In this document: piece after piece, positions 1 through 9,475 of the stretch
Layout of the letters: each line of letters begins with the position of its first letter
Numbering within the stretch: position 1 is the first letter of the stretch
Translations under genes and position numbers: made by a program
Assembly (NCBI GenBank): GCA_963699755.1
Contig: CAVOVB010000002.1
Span: 544,001 to 608,000, forward strand
Length of the DNA: 64,000 nt
DNA from: an uncultured delta proteobacterium
Lineage (GTDB): Bacteria; Myxococcota_A; Polyangia; Polyangiales; Houyiibacteriaceae
Reading direction: 5' to 3'
The notes under the pieces: model-generated
The model's database searches: none
What the model was told of the DNA's origin: nothing
The model's input: only the letters and a program-made list of their open reading frames with translations

Positions 1-306
1 TGCGTCTTTAGGGTCAGCCGCGCCATCGAAGGACGGGCGTCTGCCACTTCGCACGTCGCCAAAGAGCGTGAATTGAGAAACCACCAGAACCGCACCCGCG
101 ATATCGGCGACAGATAGGGACATGCGTCCCTGGTCGTTGGGGAACACGCGAAGTCCCGCGATCTTGTCGACGATGTACTGCAGGTCCTTGGGTCCGTCAC
201 CCTGCGCGGCTCCCAGGTAGACCAAGAGGCCGCGCTCGATCGCGCCGACCCGCTTCCCACCGACAGTGACACTGGCTTGGCTCACCCGCTGAATGACGGC
301 GCGCAT
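1..306 (-). CDS. dtd: D-aminoacyl-tRNA deacylase (3' end runs off the window start)
   Basis: Manual translation (not in ORF track): MRAVIQRVSQASVTVGG...GLLVYLG...KIAGLRVFPNDQGRMSLSV...VLVVSQFTLFGDVRSGRRPSF; SQFTL signature. Confidence 0.95.
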   Translation of the reverse strand, partial: MRAVIQRVSQASVTVGGKRVGAIERGLLVYLGAAQGDGPKDLQYIVDKIAGLRVFPNDQGRMSLSVADIAGAVLVVSQFTLFGDVRSGRRPSFDGAADPKDA

Positions 307-371
307 TGAGGCGTGCGTAGCACAAGGCGAATCTTCTTGCCCGATCGAGACGATGCTCAATACTGTGCGCA

Positions 372-992
372 ATGAAACCGGTCGTGGGGCTAACGGGTGG
401 GATCGCTTGCGGCAAGTCGACCGTGGCGGAGATGTTTGCGGAGCTCGGCATCCCGGTAGTCGACGCGGACGAATTGGCGCGTGAGGTGGTCGAGCCTGGT
501 ACACCCGGCCTGCAGCGAATCATCGACGAGTTCGGCAAAGGCGTGCTCGACGACACCGGACGACTCGACCGAAAGAAGGTCGGCGAGATGGTGTTCGGCG
601 ATGAGGAAGCTCGCGAGACACTCAATGCAATCATGCACCCGCTTATCGGTGCCGCCGGCGCGGAGCACATCATGGCGCATCAGGATGACCCCGCGCCATA
701 CCTGCTCTACGAAGCTGCACTCTTGGTAGAAACCCGTGCCTACGAGGCGTTTAGCGCCCTCATCGTAGTGAGTGCAGAGGAATCGCTGCAGCGACTCCGC
801 TTGATCGCACGCGACGGCTTCTCGGTCACCGAAGCCAATGCGCGTATCGGATCTCAGCTCCCACTAGCACGCAAGGTCGCCGTCGCCGACTACGTCGTCA
901 CTAACAACGGAGATCTGGACGCGACACGAGCTCAGGTCGCCGAGATCCACGAGAAGCTGACCGCCAGGTTCGCGTCGAAACGATGGACATAA
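372..992 (+). CDS. coaE: dephospho-CoA kinase
   Basis: VGLTGGIACGKSTV P-loop, VVDADELAREVV, LDRKK, LNAIMHP, SQLPL. Confidence 0.96.
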   Translation: MKPVVGLTGGIACGKSTVAEMFAELGIPVVDADELAREVVEPGTPGLQRIIDEFGKGVLDDTGRLDRKKVGEMVFGDEEARETLNAIMHPLIGAAGAEHIMAHQDDPAPYLLYEAALLVETRAYEAFSALIVVSAEESLQRLRLIARDGFSVTEANARIGSQLPLARKVAVADYVVTNNGDLDATRAQVAEIHEKLTARFASKRWT

Positions 993-2050
993 TGGGGAGA
1001 CTGCTTCGCTCGGTCCTGGTGACGGGCTTTCCGGGACGGCAACCAGCGGTTCACCTGGTTCGAGAGCTTGCTCGCCGGGGCGATCGCCCAGTGTGCTGTC
1101 TCGTGACCGAAGGCCGGCAGGAGCGAGCGCTGGAGTTGCTCAAGGCGCTTCCAGAGCCGGCCCGGAAGCGGGTCTCGATTTGGATCGGCGACCCCCGCGC
1201 GATAGATCTCGGTTTGAGCGGCGAAGAGTTCGCAGTGCTCGCCGAGGGCGTCGAGGTCATTCACCATTGTGCGTCCATCACCGATCCAGCGGCGACCAAG
1301 GAGGAAGCCGCGGGCAACGTGCGCGCCGCCGTCGAGATCCTGGAGCTCGCGGATGTAGCTCCACGTCTGAAGCGACTCGTATGTTGGTCCAGCGCAACGG
1401 TGTCCGGTAGGCGGGAAGGATTCGTCAAGGAGACCGAGCTCGACGACCAGATGGGCTTTCGAAACCCCGTCGAGCAGTCGCTCTACAACATGGAGCGGAT
1501 GCTCCGGGAGTCGGCCGAGGAGCTGCCGATAGTGATTCTGCGACCCGCGGTCGTGGTCGGCGATTCACTCACCGGCGAGCTCGAGGACCTCAACGGCCTG
1601 TATCTGTTGATCAGGTTTCTGCTGAGCGCACCAGAGGACTATCGCGTCCCTACGCCCAGCCGAACCGGCGTGCGGATCAGCGCGGTGCCCGTCGACTATG
1701 CGGTCCGGGCAGGTCTGCGTATCGCGGAACACGAGGAGTCGATCGGCCGCACTTTTCACATCGTCGATCCAAAGCCCGTCACCGTACAGCACGCCCTACG
1801 TCTCTTCGCCGAAGCAACTGGGCGCCCCAGTCCGCGAGAACACGACCCGCTCAACCTCGCCACGGCACTGATGCGAGCTCCTGGCTTGCAACGCTTCCAG
1901 AACACGACCCGCGCATTTCTCGACCACTTGAAAACCGACGTGATCTACGACGACAGAAACACGCGCGAGCTACTCGCAGGCAGCGGCATCCAATGCCCGG
2001 AGCTGGAGAGTTACGTCGATGCCATGGTAGCCCGGGCGCAGCGAGACTGA
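983..2050 (+). CDS. extended SDR / NAD-binding (male-sterility/thioester-reductase-like) protein; start may be 992
   Basis: VLVTGFPG Rossmann start, GDPRAIDLGLS, VIHHCA, ILRPAVVVGDS, VPVDY; canonical YxxxK absent. Confidence 0.8.
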   Translation: MDIMGRLLRSVLVTGFPGRQPAVHLVRELARRGDRPVCCLVTEGRQERALELLKALPEPARKRVSIWIGDPRAIDLGLSGEEFAVLAEGVEVIHHCASITDPAATKEEAAGNVRAAVEILELADVAPRLKRLVCWSSATVSGRREGFVKETELDDQMGFRNPVEQSLYNMERMLRESAEELPIVILRPAVVVGDSLTGELEDLNGLYLLIRFLLSAPEDYRVPTPSRTGVRISAVPVDYAVRAGLRIAEHEESIGRTFHIVDPKPVTVQHALRLFAEATGRPSPREHDPLNLATALMRAPGLQRFQNTTRAFLDHLKTDVIYDDRNTRELLAGSGIQCPELESYVDAMVARAQRD

Positions 2051-2095
2051 CTCCCATCAACCGCGCGGATACACCGAATCGCGAAGCCGCCGCCC

Positions 2096-3472
2096 CTACG
2101 ATCCGGCCAGGGTCATCGATGAAACCCTGAACGTCGGCGAAGCGATTGCGGTTCGCTGGTCGAGGTCGTTGGCGACTGCGTCGATACGCTGCAAGATCTG
2201 ATCGAGATTCAGTGAGATCGTGACCTCTGAAACTGGATGACTGAGCTTGCCGTCCTCGATTAGGAATCCGGACGCACCTCGGCTGAAGTCTCCGGTGACT
2301 GCGTTGAAGCCGAAGCCCATCATCCCGGTGACGTACAAGCCGTGTTCGGTATCGGCGATCACCTCGTCGCGCGATCGTGTGCTGGCCTTCAAGATCAAGT
2401 TACTGCTAGACGCGGAGATGCCTCCGGAGGGAGATCTGGACGCGCTGCCAGTGCTCTTCAGGCGAAGCTTTCGGGCGCTGTAGGTGTCCATCAGGTAATT
2501 CTTGAGGACCCCGGACTCGACCACGACGTTGCGTCGGGACAGCAAGCCTTCGCCATCAAAGGCACGGGAGCCCGGCGCTCTCGGCAGCAGCGGGTCGTCG
2601 ACGATATCCACGAGATCGCTCGCAACCCGCGTGCCGACGCGATCGACGAGATACGAGCTCTTCCGCCAGACCGATCCGCCGAGAACACAGCCAGCGAAGA
2701 GGCCCAAGATCGAACGCGCGGCGTCCCTATCGAAAACGACTGGGAGCTCCTGGGTAGGCAGCTTTCGAGAGCCGAGTTGGGCAACCGTTCGACGGGCTGC
2801 TTCCTCTCCGACGGCTCCGCTCTCTTCGAGGTCCGCATAGTGTCGGGCGGCGGACCAGTGGTAGCCACTTCGCTTCTTGCCACCCTCGTCATCGGCCACC
2901 GGATTCACGACGATCGATGCGTAGGTTCCGAAGTCGCTTCCCACGAACCCTCCGCTGGTCACGAGCGCGCTCATGCCTCGGGCACGGGTGAACGAAGCGC
3001 CCTCGCTGTTGCGGATGCGCGGATCGAAATCGAAGGCGGCGCGCTCACCCTCGAGCGCGCGGTGGAGCGCCTCGTCGGCTGAAATCCCGCTGACAGCCTC
3101 GTCGAAGGTGTCCAGGTCCTTCCATTGCGATTTCGAGGATAGATCTGACGCATCGGGTGGCCCTGCGAACGGATCTGCCTCGCTCAAGCGCGCCAGCTCG
3201 AGCGCGTCTTCGATGAGGCTACGCTGCCCGGATTCGCTCAGGTCGCTGGTGTAGGTCGAAGCGACACGCTGCCCGACCATCACCCTGAGTCCGAGCGCGC
3301 GAGAGCCGGCTTCCTCGACGAGCTCAGGCTTTCCCATGCGAACCTTCACAGACAGATGAGACCCGCTGTGGACTCCGACCTCCGCAACGTCGGCCCCCGC
3401 CTCGACGGCGCGCTCCATGACTGAGCTGCCGAGCTCGAGCAGCGTCTCGGCTTCTTCCTCCGCTGTGATCAT
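2096..3472 (-). CDS. pmbA: TldE/PmbA family protein
   Basis: FDGEG, VVESGVLKNYL, GFNAVTGDFSRGASG, PVSEVTIS; ATG at 3472 overlaps the tldD stop (ATGA). Confidence 0.92.
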   Translation of the reverse strand: MITAEEEAETLLELGSSVMERAVEAGADVAEVGVHSGSHLSVKVRMGKPELVEEAGSRALGLRVMVGQRVASTYTSDLSESGQRSLIEDALELARLSEADPFAGPPDASDLSSKSQWKDLDTFDEAVSGISADEALHRALEGERAAFDFDPRIRNSEGASFTRARGMSALVTSGGFVGSDFGTYASIVVNPVADDEGGKKRSGYHWSAARHYADLEESGAVGEEAARRTVAQLGSRKLPTQELPVVFDRDAARSILGLFAGCVLGGSVWRKSSYLVDRVGTRVASDLVDIVDDPLLPRAPGSRAFDGEGLLSRRNVVVESGVLKNYLMDTYSARKLRLKSTGSASRSPSGGISASSSNLILKASTRSRDEVIADTEHGLYVTGMMGFGFNAVTGDFSRGASGFLIEDGKLSHPVSEVTISLNLDQILQRIDAVANDLDQRTAIASPTFRVSSMTLAGS

Positions 3473-4914
3473 CGGCCGGCCATCTGCGTTCCGCCAACGG
3501 TCATCGAGGCGATTTTGATCGTGGGGCACCCCACACCGACGGGAACAGACTGCCCTTCTTTGCCACAGGTCCAGATTCCGTCGGACACCTCGAAGTCATG
3601 ACCTAGCATGACCACCTTTCGCATCGACTCTGGCCCATTGCCAATGAGGTTCACGCCCTTGAGCGGAGCCGTTACCTTGCCGTCTTCGATCAGGTAGCCT
3701 TCCGTCAGCGAAAACACGAAGTCCCCGTTGGAGATGTCGACCTGCCCGCCTCCAAATTTCTTCGCGTATACGCCACGTGTCACGCTTCGAATGACGTCCT
3801 CGGGCGCGTCGGTTCCACCAAGGAGCATCGTATTGGTCATCCGCGGCATGGGATGTGAGCGAAAGCTCTGCCTTCGGCCGTGCCCGTCGGGACTCGTCTT
3901 GAAGAACTCCGCGCTGTGGAGGTCCTGCATGTAGCCTCTGAGGACGCCGGCCTCGATGAGTACGGAGCGGGAGGGCAGTTGCCCTTCATCGTCGACGTTG
4001 ATCGAGCCGCGCGACCCGCGGAGCGACGCGTCGTCGACGACGGTGCAAAGCTCGCTTGCCACTCGTTGGCCCAGCTGGTCGGTGTAGTTGCTCGTCTTCT
4101 TGCGATTGAAATCCGCCTCGAGCCCGTGGCCGACCGCCTCGTGCAAAAGGATTCCGCTGTCGCCCGGCCCCAGGACGACGTCCATCTCGCCGGCCGGCGC
4201 CTCACGCGCGTCGAGCATCACCAGGGCTTGCTGCACGGCCTGCTCAGCGTGCCACTCCGGGGTTCTGTCTTCGAAGTACTCGAGACCCAGCCGACCCCCG
4301 CCCCCGGAGGACCCGGACTGACGGTTGCCATCTTCCTCCGCGATCACGCGGACACCAAAGCGGATCAAGGGTTGCCGGTCTCGCGCCATGTGCCCGAGGC
4401 TATTGGCGATCAAGATCTCGCGGACGCTTTCGGCAAACGAGGCATCGACCCGAATCACTCGGGGCTCGGAAGCCCGGGCAGCCCGGTCGGCCCGCTCGAG
4501 AATCGCCTTCTTCGCTTCGCCGTCGACGTCCAGTGACTCCAGCGACACGGGATAGCGGCTCGGCGTGTCACGTATTGACACCTTGATCGGTGCAACCGGC
4601 TGGCCGCCGGCAGCAATCCGCGCCGCAGTGTCAGCGGCGTGCTTCATCACATCGAGCGAAAAATCCTCGCAATACGCATAGCCGGTGGCGTCGCCCTTCA
4701 TGACGCGAACCCCGAGGCCCATCGAGACCGCGCGCTGCGCTGATTTCAAGATCTGCTCATCGTAGACATAGCTTCCGCTGACGGAGTACTCGAAGAACAA
4801 GTCTGCGTAGTCACCGCCCTGGCTGAGGGCGACCATCAAGAGCCGATTGGCGATGTCCGCATCGATCGAGTGCGACCCCTGCGCGGCGAACGGTGCATGG
4901 TAGCGGGCTGTCAT
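3469..4914 (-). CDS. tldD: TldD metalloprotease
   Basis: HEAVGHGLEADFNRK zinc motif, DDEG, PMPRMTNT, CGKEGQSVPVGVG. Confidence 0.95.
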   Translation of the reverse strand: MTARYHAPFAAQGSHSIDADIANRLLMVALSQGGDYADLFFEYSVSGSYVYDEQILKSAQRAVSMGLGVRVMKGDATGYAYCEDFSLDVMKHAADTAARIAAGGQPVAPIKVSIRDTPSRYPVSLESLDVDGEAKKAILERADRAARASEPRVIRVDASFAESVREILIANSLGHMARDRQPLIRFGVRVIAEEDGNRQSGSSGGGGRLGLEYFEDRTPEWHAEQAVQQALVMLDAREAPAGEMDVVLGPGDSGILLHEAVGHGLEADFNRKKTSNYTDQLGQRVASELCTVVDDASLRGSRGSINVDDEGQLPSRSVLIEAGVLRGYMQDLHSAEFFKTSPDGHGRRQSFRSHPMPRMTNTMLLGGTDAPEDVIRSVTRGVYAKKFGGGQVDISNGDFVFSLTEGYLIEDGKVTAPLKGVNLIGNGPESMRKVVMLGHDFEVSDGIWTCGKEGQSVPVGVGCPTIKIASMTVGGTQMAGR

Positions 4915-4958
4915 CAACAGCTGAGCACTCTAGGGCCCGGGCGCGGCGATGGCTACTT

Positions 4959-6083
4959 CTATCGTCCCAGGAAGCCAATTACGGCGTCGATGATGCGGCT
5001 CTGGCGTGCTTCGCCGAGGCCCGCGAAGATCGGGAGCGCCAGCACTTCGCGACTTGCCTGCTCCGAAACTGGAAGAGAGCCTTCCCGATACCCGAGCGAC
5101 GCAAAGCACTCCTGGCGATGAAGTGGGACCGGGTAGTAGATCGTCGTCGCGATCTTCTTCTCCTGGAGGTGGGCCAGCAGCTCGTCTCGCCGCGACGTGC
5201 GGATCACGTATTGATTGTAGATATGACCGTCAAACCGTCTGACTGGAGGGCGGAGGAGGGTTTCGTCCAAACCCGAAGCCGAGAACGCGGCGTCGTAGCG
5301 CGCGGCGTTTCGTTGTCGGTCGGCAGTCCAGGCGCGGAGCTCGGGAAGCTTCACGCGCAAGAGCGCTGCCTGAATCGCATCAATTCGGAAGTTCCCGCCA
5401 ATCACGGAGTGATGGTATTTTGGCTTGCTCCCGTGCGCGCGCATCACGCGTGCCTTTTCTGCAAGCACGGCATCCCGCGTAGTGACAAGCCCTGCGTCAC
5501 CAAAGCCACCGAGATTCTTCGAAGGGAAGAACGAAAAACAACCATATTCCCCTAGGCTGCCCACCGGCCCGATCGCGCTCTGGGCACCGATCGCCTGCGC
5601 GGCATCCTCGATGATCTGCAGGTCGTGCTTCCGAACAACCTCGACCAGGCCCAGCATGTCGCATGCCTGTCCGTACAAATGAACGGGAAGAATTGCACGC
5701 GTGCGCTTGGTGACAGCCGCTTCGACCTGCTCGACGTCGATGTTGAAGGTGTCGGGTCGAATGTCGACGAAAACCGGAGTCGCGCCAACACGCGCGACGC
5801 AGCCCCCAGTCGCGAAGAAAGTGAACGGAGTCGTAATGACCTCGTCGCCCTGCCCGATTCCAAGCGCCATCAAGGCAAGCAAGAGCGCGTCGGTGCCGCT
5901 CGAAACGCCGATCGCATGCGCGACGCCGATGTACTCGGCCAGCTCCTGCTCCAGCGCGGTGACCTCCGGACCGAGAATGTAATTCCCGGATCGAATGACC
6001 TCGGCGGCCTTCTCGATGAGTCGATCGATCAACGGCCCGTTCTGGGCCGCGACGTCCAGCATTGGAATGGCTTCTTCACTCAC
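4959..6083 (-). CDS. DegT/DnrJ/EryC1/StrS PLP-dependent sugar aminotransferase (WbpE-like)
   Basis: SSGTDAL, PFTFFAT, PVHLYGQ, IEDAAQAIG, SFFPSKNLG. Confidence 0.93.
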   Translation of the reverse strand: MSEEAIPMLDVAAQNGPLIDRLIEKAAEVIRSGNYILGPEVTALEQELAEYIGVAHAIGVSSGTDALLLALMALGIGQGDEVITTPFTFFATGGCVARVGATPVFVDIRPDTFNIDVEQVEAAVTKRTRAILPVHLYGQACDMLGLVEVVRKHDLQIIEDAAQAIGAQSAIGPVGSLGEYGCFSFFPSKNLGGFGDAGLVTTRDAVLAEKARVMRAHGSKPKYHHSVIGGNFRIDAIQAALLRVKLPELRAWTADRQRNAARYDAAFSASGLDETLLRPPVRRFDGHIYNQYVIRTSRRDELLAHLQEKKIATTIYYPVPLHRQECFASLGYREGSLPVSEQASREVLALPIFAGLGEARQSRIIDAVIGFLGR

Positions 6084-6648
6084 GGCGTTTCACCCATCGA
6101 CAGCCCTCGGCCGTCACCTCGTATTCGTCCCCACAGCGGGCGCACGCGCCATCGTCAGCCAGAACCTCCCCGCAGCGGCATGCCCAGGCCATGCGGCGCG
6201 CGGGGTTGCCGACCACGACGGCGTGAGCAGGGACGTCTTTGGTCACCACGCTTCCAGCACCGACCATCGCGTACTCGCCGAGCGAATGCCCGCAGACAAT
6301 GGTCGCGTTCGCTCCCACGGTGACGCCCCGACCTACCGGCGTCGGCGCAAACTCCTCTTTGCGCTCTATATGGGCACGTGGCGTCAACACGTTCGTGAAT
6401 ACGCAGCTCGGCCCGAGGAAAACATCGTCCGCGATCCGAACGCCGGCATACACAGAAACGTTGTTCTGAATCTTGACCCCATCGCCGATCTCGACACCCG
6501 GTCCGATGAAGACGTTCTGTCCGAGGACACAACGCTCACCAACGATCGATCCGGCGGACACATGCGTGAAATGCCAGACACGCGAACCGCTTCCGATTCG
6601 CGCACCATCGTCGACGATCGCACTGGGATGAATGAACGGGGCGTTCAT
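6076..6648 (-). CDS. hexapeptide-repeat N-acetyltransferase (WbpD/WlbB-like)
   Basis: MNAPFIHPSAIVD, RVWHFTHV, KIQNNVSVY, GPSCVFTNV, GANATIVCG, VGNPAR, C-terminal CxC...CxxC. Confidence 0.92.
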   Translation of the reverse strand: MNAPFIHPSAIVDDGARIGSGSRVWHFTHVSAGSIVGERCVLGQNVFIGPGVEIGDGVKIQNNVSVYAGVRIADDVFLGPSCVFTNVLTPRAHIERKEEFAPTPVGRGVTVGANATIVCGHSLGEYAMVGAGSVVTKDVPAHAVVVGNPARRMAWACRCGEVLADDGACARCGDEYEVTAEGCRWVKRRE

Positions 6649-6929
6649 CAGCGACCCCCGGGGAGCTCGATTCGGGCCCCTCCCTGCGCAAGCGACCCAG
6701 AGCCACCTTCGAGCGCGCGAACGAGCCAGCTCACGTGGATCTGCGCCATGCGACCTTCTGGATGATGGACTGTGGGGAAGACGACATTTTCGAGGCCGCG
6801 CTCCGACTGCAGATAGCACGGGCCGGTCGCGCCCACCGCTTGGATGAAAGCGCCGGGTAGGTTGTTCGGTCCGGACACGATGGCTATGCGGACGGCTTCT
6901 GATCGACTCACGCCCCCCCACGGTTTCAT
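6648..6929 (-). pseudogene. internally deleted remnant of a Gfo/Idh/MocA (WbpB-like) oxidoreductase
   Basis: 93-aa ORF made of three recognisable pieces: VRIAIVSG..NL (N-terminal Rossmann start), ATGPCYLQ..GLENVVFPTVHHPEGRMAQIHVSWL (C-domain), VRALEGGSGSLAQGGARIEL (C-terminal helix); its stop overlaps the wbpD start. Confidence 0.7.
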
Positions 6930-6988
6930 TCCGTCAGCTTAGCAGGACCGCCGCCCTGCCTCGAAACTTGTGCCCGAACCGCGCTTGG

Positions 6989-9391
6989 TCAGCGCAGCAT
7001 CGCGCGGCATTCGGAGACGTATCGGCCCGTGGCGAGCTTCACGCAGTTCTGATAGGCTTGCCGTGCGCCTTGTCGATCGCCCCGCATCTGCCGGGCCGCG
7101 CCTAGCGTGACCCAGCCAAGGGCATTCGATGGGTCGACCGCAGTCGCGCGCTCCGCAAGCTCGGAGGCCTCCCGCGTGTTGCTCCGCGCCAACATCAAGC
7201 GAGCGAGCTCGGCCAGCGCAGGGCTTCTATCGGGCTCGAGCTCGATGGCTCGGCGATAGGCAGCGACCGCTCGCGAACCTCGCTTGAGACGACGGGCCAA
7301 TTGCAGCTGCGCTTCGTAGGTGTCGACCGCCCCAGTTGGAGGATAGATCGCGTTCGAGTTGGGGCCGGGAGCGGGTTCCGAGGCCGGCTCAGGGGTCAGG
7401 GCCGGCTCCTCGGCCGACTTCGCGACCGAGCGCGGTTCCGAGGTGGGGACTGGGACCGAATCCACGACCGGAGGCGAGTCTGGCACTGCCTCCCCCTTCG
7501 GCGCTCTTACGACCACCGGAGTCGGCTCTCCAAACGGAATGTAGTACGCCAGGAACGCAACACCGCCAGCCAAGGCGAAGAACAAGAACGCCCAGGGCAG
7601 CAGCGATGTCACGGAGTGGTCGGCGATAGGCGTGCTCGGTTGAACCGCGCGGGGGGCGCGGACGCTTGCGTCGTTGGCTTCCTCTTCGAAAACCTGAGCG
7701 TAGGTGAGAGGTGGCGGGTCGACTTCGGGAGGCTCGTGATAGTCGACCACAGCATCTCGATGATGGTCCTCGCTCCGCTCGACCGCTTGTTCGATCAGGG
7801 GGGGGTTCGGAGGTGATGAGCGCACGAAAGCCGCCGGGGGCGGGTTGGAATCGATTGCGACGATCGCCTCCTCGACCTCGGGATCCTCGCGCAATTCTTC
7901 GAGCGAGTGATCCCATCTCCCAACCTCAACCGTCTCGCGACCCGATATTTCGTCGATCGTATCGATCTGAGGCACCCGCCCCGCCCAGTTCGGATCGGTC
8001 TTGCCCGAGTACATCGAGCTTTCCGGTCGAGCAGCCTGAAAGCCTCCAAGCGTATTCCGTTGGGTGCGGGGAGGCATCAGCGGCGGCGCGGGCTGCCATC
8101 CAGAGCCGACCTCGAAGGGCACCTCGCTCGCCGGCGCAAGCGAAGTCGGCCGATCGGACGGAGCGATGATCTCCTCGCGGGAACCCGCCCGACGCATTCG
8201 CTCTGGCGCGGCAAGCGACACTGGCGTGGACATCTGATCGGACCCTGACACCGCAAGCGGAGCTGCCACTGCGGCTGCGGCCATCGACGTCCCGCCTGGC
8301 AGCGGCGGTGCGCCTGGCACCGCAACCCGCGGAGCAAGCAAGCCAGCAGGCCCGGGGATGGTGTTCGTGCCTTCCTTGGGAGGAGAAGCCGGTGGGCGAA
8401 CCGTCACCTCGGTCAGAACGGGAATACTGTCCTGAACGCCGCCAACCTCGCGGATCATCCCCTCGAAGTAGAGGTCCACCACCTTTCGCAGAGCCTCGAC
8501 GTGATCCCCGCCGTGCGCGAGTAGAATTTCTTCGATCGTTCGCTCCCCATCGATCAATCGCAGCGTTTCGTTTTGCTCGTCCGGCAGGTCCCGGAGCCCC
8601 TCGCGGAGCGCCTCGGAGTCGACCTCGAGCGCTGTCTTAAACGGGGGCAAGAGCTCGGACAATCGGCTCCACTCGTCGAGCCTGCGCATCCCTTCCATCA
8701 GGAGAGCCTGGGTGGTTCGGTGAACCGTGCGCTCGCTCAGACTCACACGCCTGAACTCGAGGTCGAAAGTCCCTTCGCGCCACAGCAGATGCCGGTAAAC
8801 TGCATCCTCTCCGACGAGATCCTCGACCGTCGCGTTGATCACCGCACCGGAATCAAACGAGATCAAGCCCTCCTGCCCGTCCACGGCGACGAGCGTGAGC
8901 ACCCCCGACTTCCGACTCACGTCGATCGTCTGTAACAAGTCGACGACGCTCATCTCCGAAAGCGAGCCACTGAACCGCGTCGTCGAATCGCTACTCCTTT
9001 GCGCCAGCCCGGCCCGCGCCTGGCGTGCGAGCTCGATTCCCACTCGCGCGATGACCTCACGGATGTAGATCGGCTTGGTCAGGTAATCTTCGACCCCAAG
9101 CTCCAGGCCCCGAATCTTGCTCTCAATGGAGCCGTCGCTCGATAGGAACATGAACGGGATCTTCGCCCACTCCGATTTCTGCCGGAGCTGTTCGACGAAC
9201 TCGAAGCCGTTCATGTCGCTGAACGTCGTATCGGAGAGAATCAAGTCCGGCTTATTGGCGTGCAGAATCTCCAACGCCCTCCCCACGCTTGGACAGCCGG
9301 CCACGTTGTAGCCTGCATTCCGTAAGCTCACCTCGAGCACACGGAGACTTCGCGGATCGGCATCGACGACGAGGAGGTTTTGCTTGGTCAC
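6989..9391 (-). CDS. membrane-anchored response regulator: REC + DUF4388 + Pro-rich linker + TM + TPR-like C-terminus
   Basis: LLVVDAD..LILSD..FLSS..YLTKP receiver; FSGSLSEMSVVDLLQTI..KSGVL (DUF4388); TM LLPWAFLFFALAGGVAFLAYY; AYRRAIELEP TPR. Confidence 0.85.
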   Translation of the reverse strand: MTKQNLLVVDADPRSLRVLEVSLRNAGYNVAGCPSVGRALEILHANKPDLILSDTTFSDMNGFEFVEQLRQKSEWAKIPFMFLSSDGSIESKIRGLELGVEDYLTKPIYIREVIARVGIELARQARAGLAQRSSDSTTRFSGSLSEMSVVDLLQTIDVSRKSGVLTLVAVDGQEGLISFDSGAVINATVEDLVGEDAVYRHLLWREGTFDLEFRRVSLSERTVHRTTQALLMEGMRRLDEWSRLSELLPPFKTALEVDSEALREGLRDLPDEQNETLRLIDGERTIEEILLAHGGDHVEALRKVVDLYFEGMIREVGGVQDSIPVLTEVTVRPPASPPKEGTNTIPGPAGLLAPRVAVPGAPPLPGGTSMAAAAVAAPLAVSGSDQMSTPVSLAAPERMRRAGSREEIIAPSDRPTSLAPASEVPFEVGSGWQPAPPLMPPRTQRNTLGGFQAARPESSMYSGKTDPNWAGRVPQIDTIDEISGRETVEVGRWDHSLEELREDPEVEEAIVAIDSNPPPAAFVRSSPPNPPLIEQAVERSEDHHRDAVVDYHEPPEVDPPPLTYAQVFEEEANDASVRAPRAVQPSTPIADHSVTSLLPWAFLFFALAGGVAFLAYYIPFGEPTPVVVRAPKGEAVPDSPPVVDSVPVPTSEPRSVAKSAEEPALTPEPASEPAPGPNSNAIYPPTGAVDTYEAQLQLARRLKRGSRAVAAYRRAIELEPDRSPALAELARLMLARSNTREASELAERATAVDPSNALGWVTLGAARQMRGDRQGARQAYQNCVKLATGRYVSECRAMLR

Positions 9392-9475
9392 GAGAGCCTT
9401 TTGTCAGCGGGAGTGTGCAAATGAGCGCAGTGCGATGTCAAGCATGCCTTCCAATCACCAACGTGATAAGTTGAC

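Noticed and set aside
2096..4914. TldD/TldE as part of a RiPP cluster
   Set aside because: No precursor peptide, YcaO or radical SAM gene adjacent; looks like the housekeeping pair
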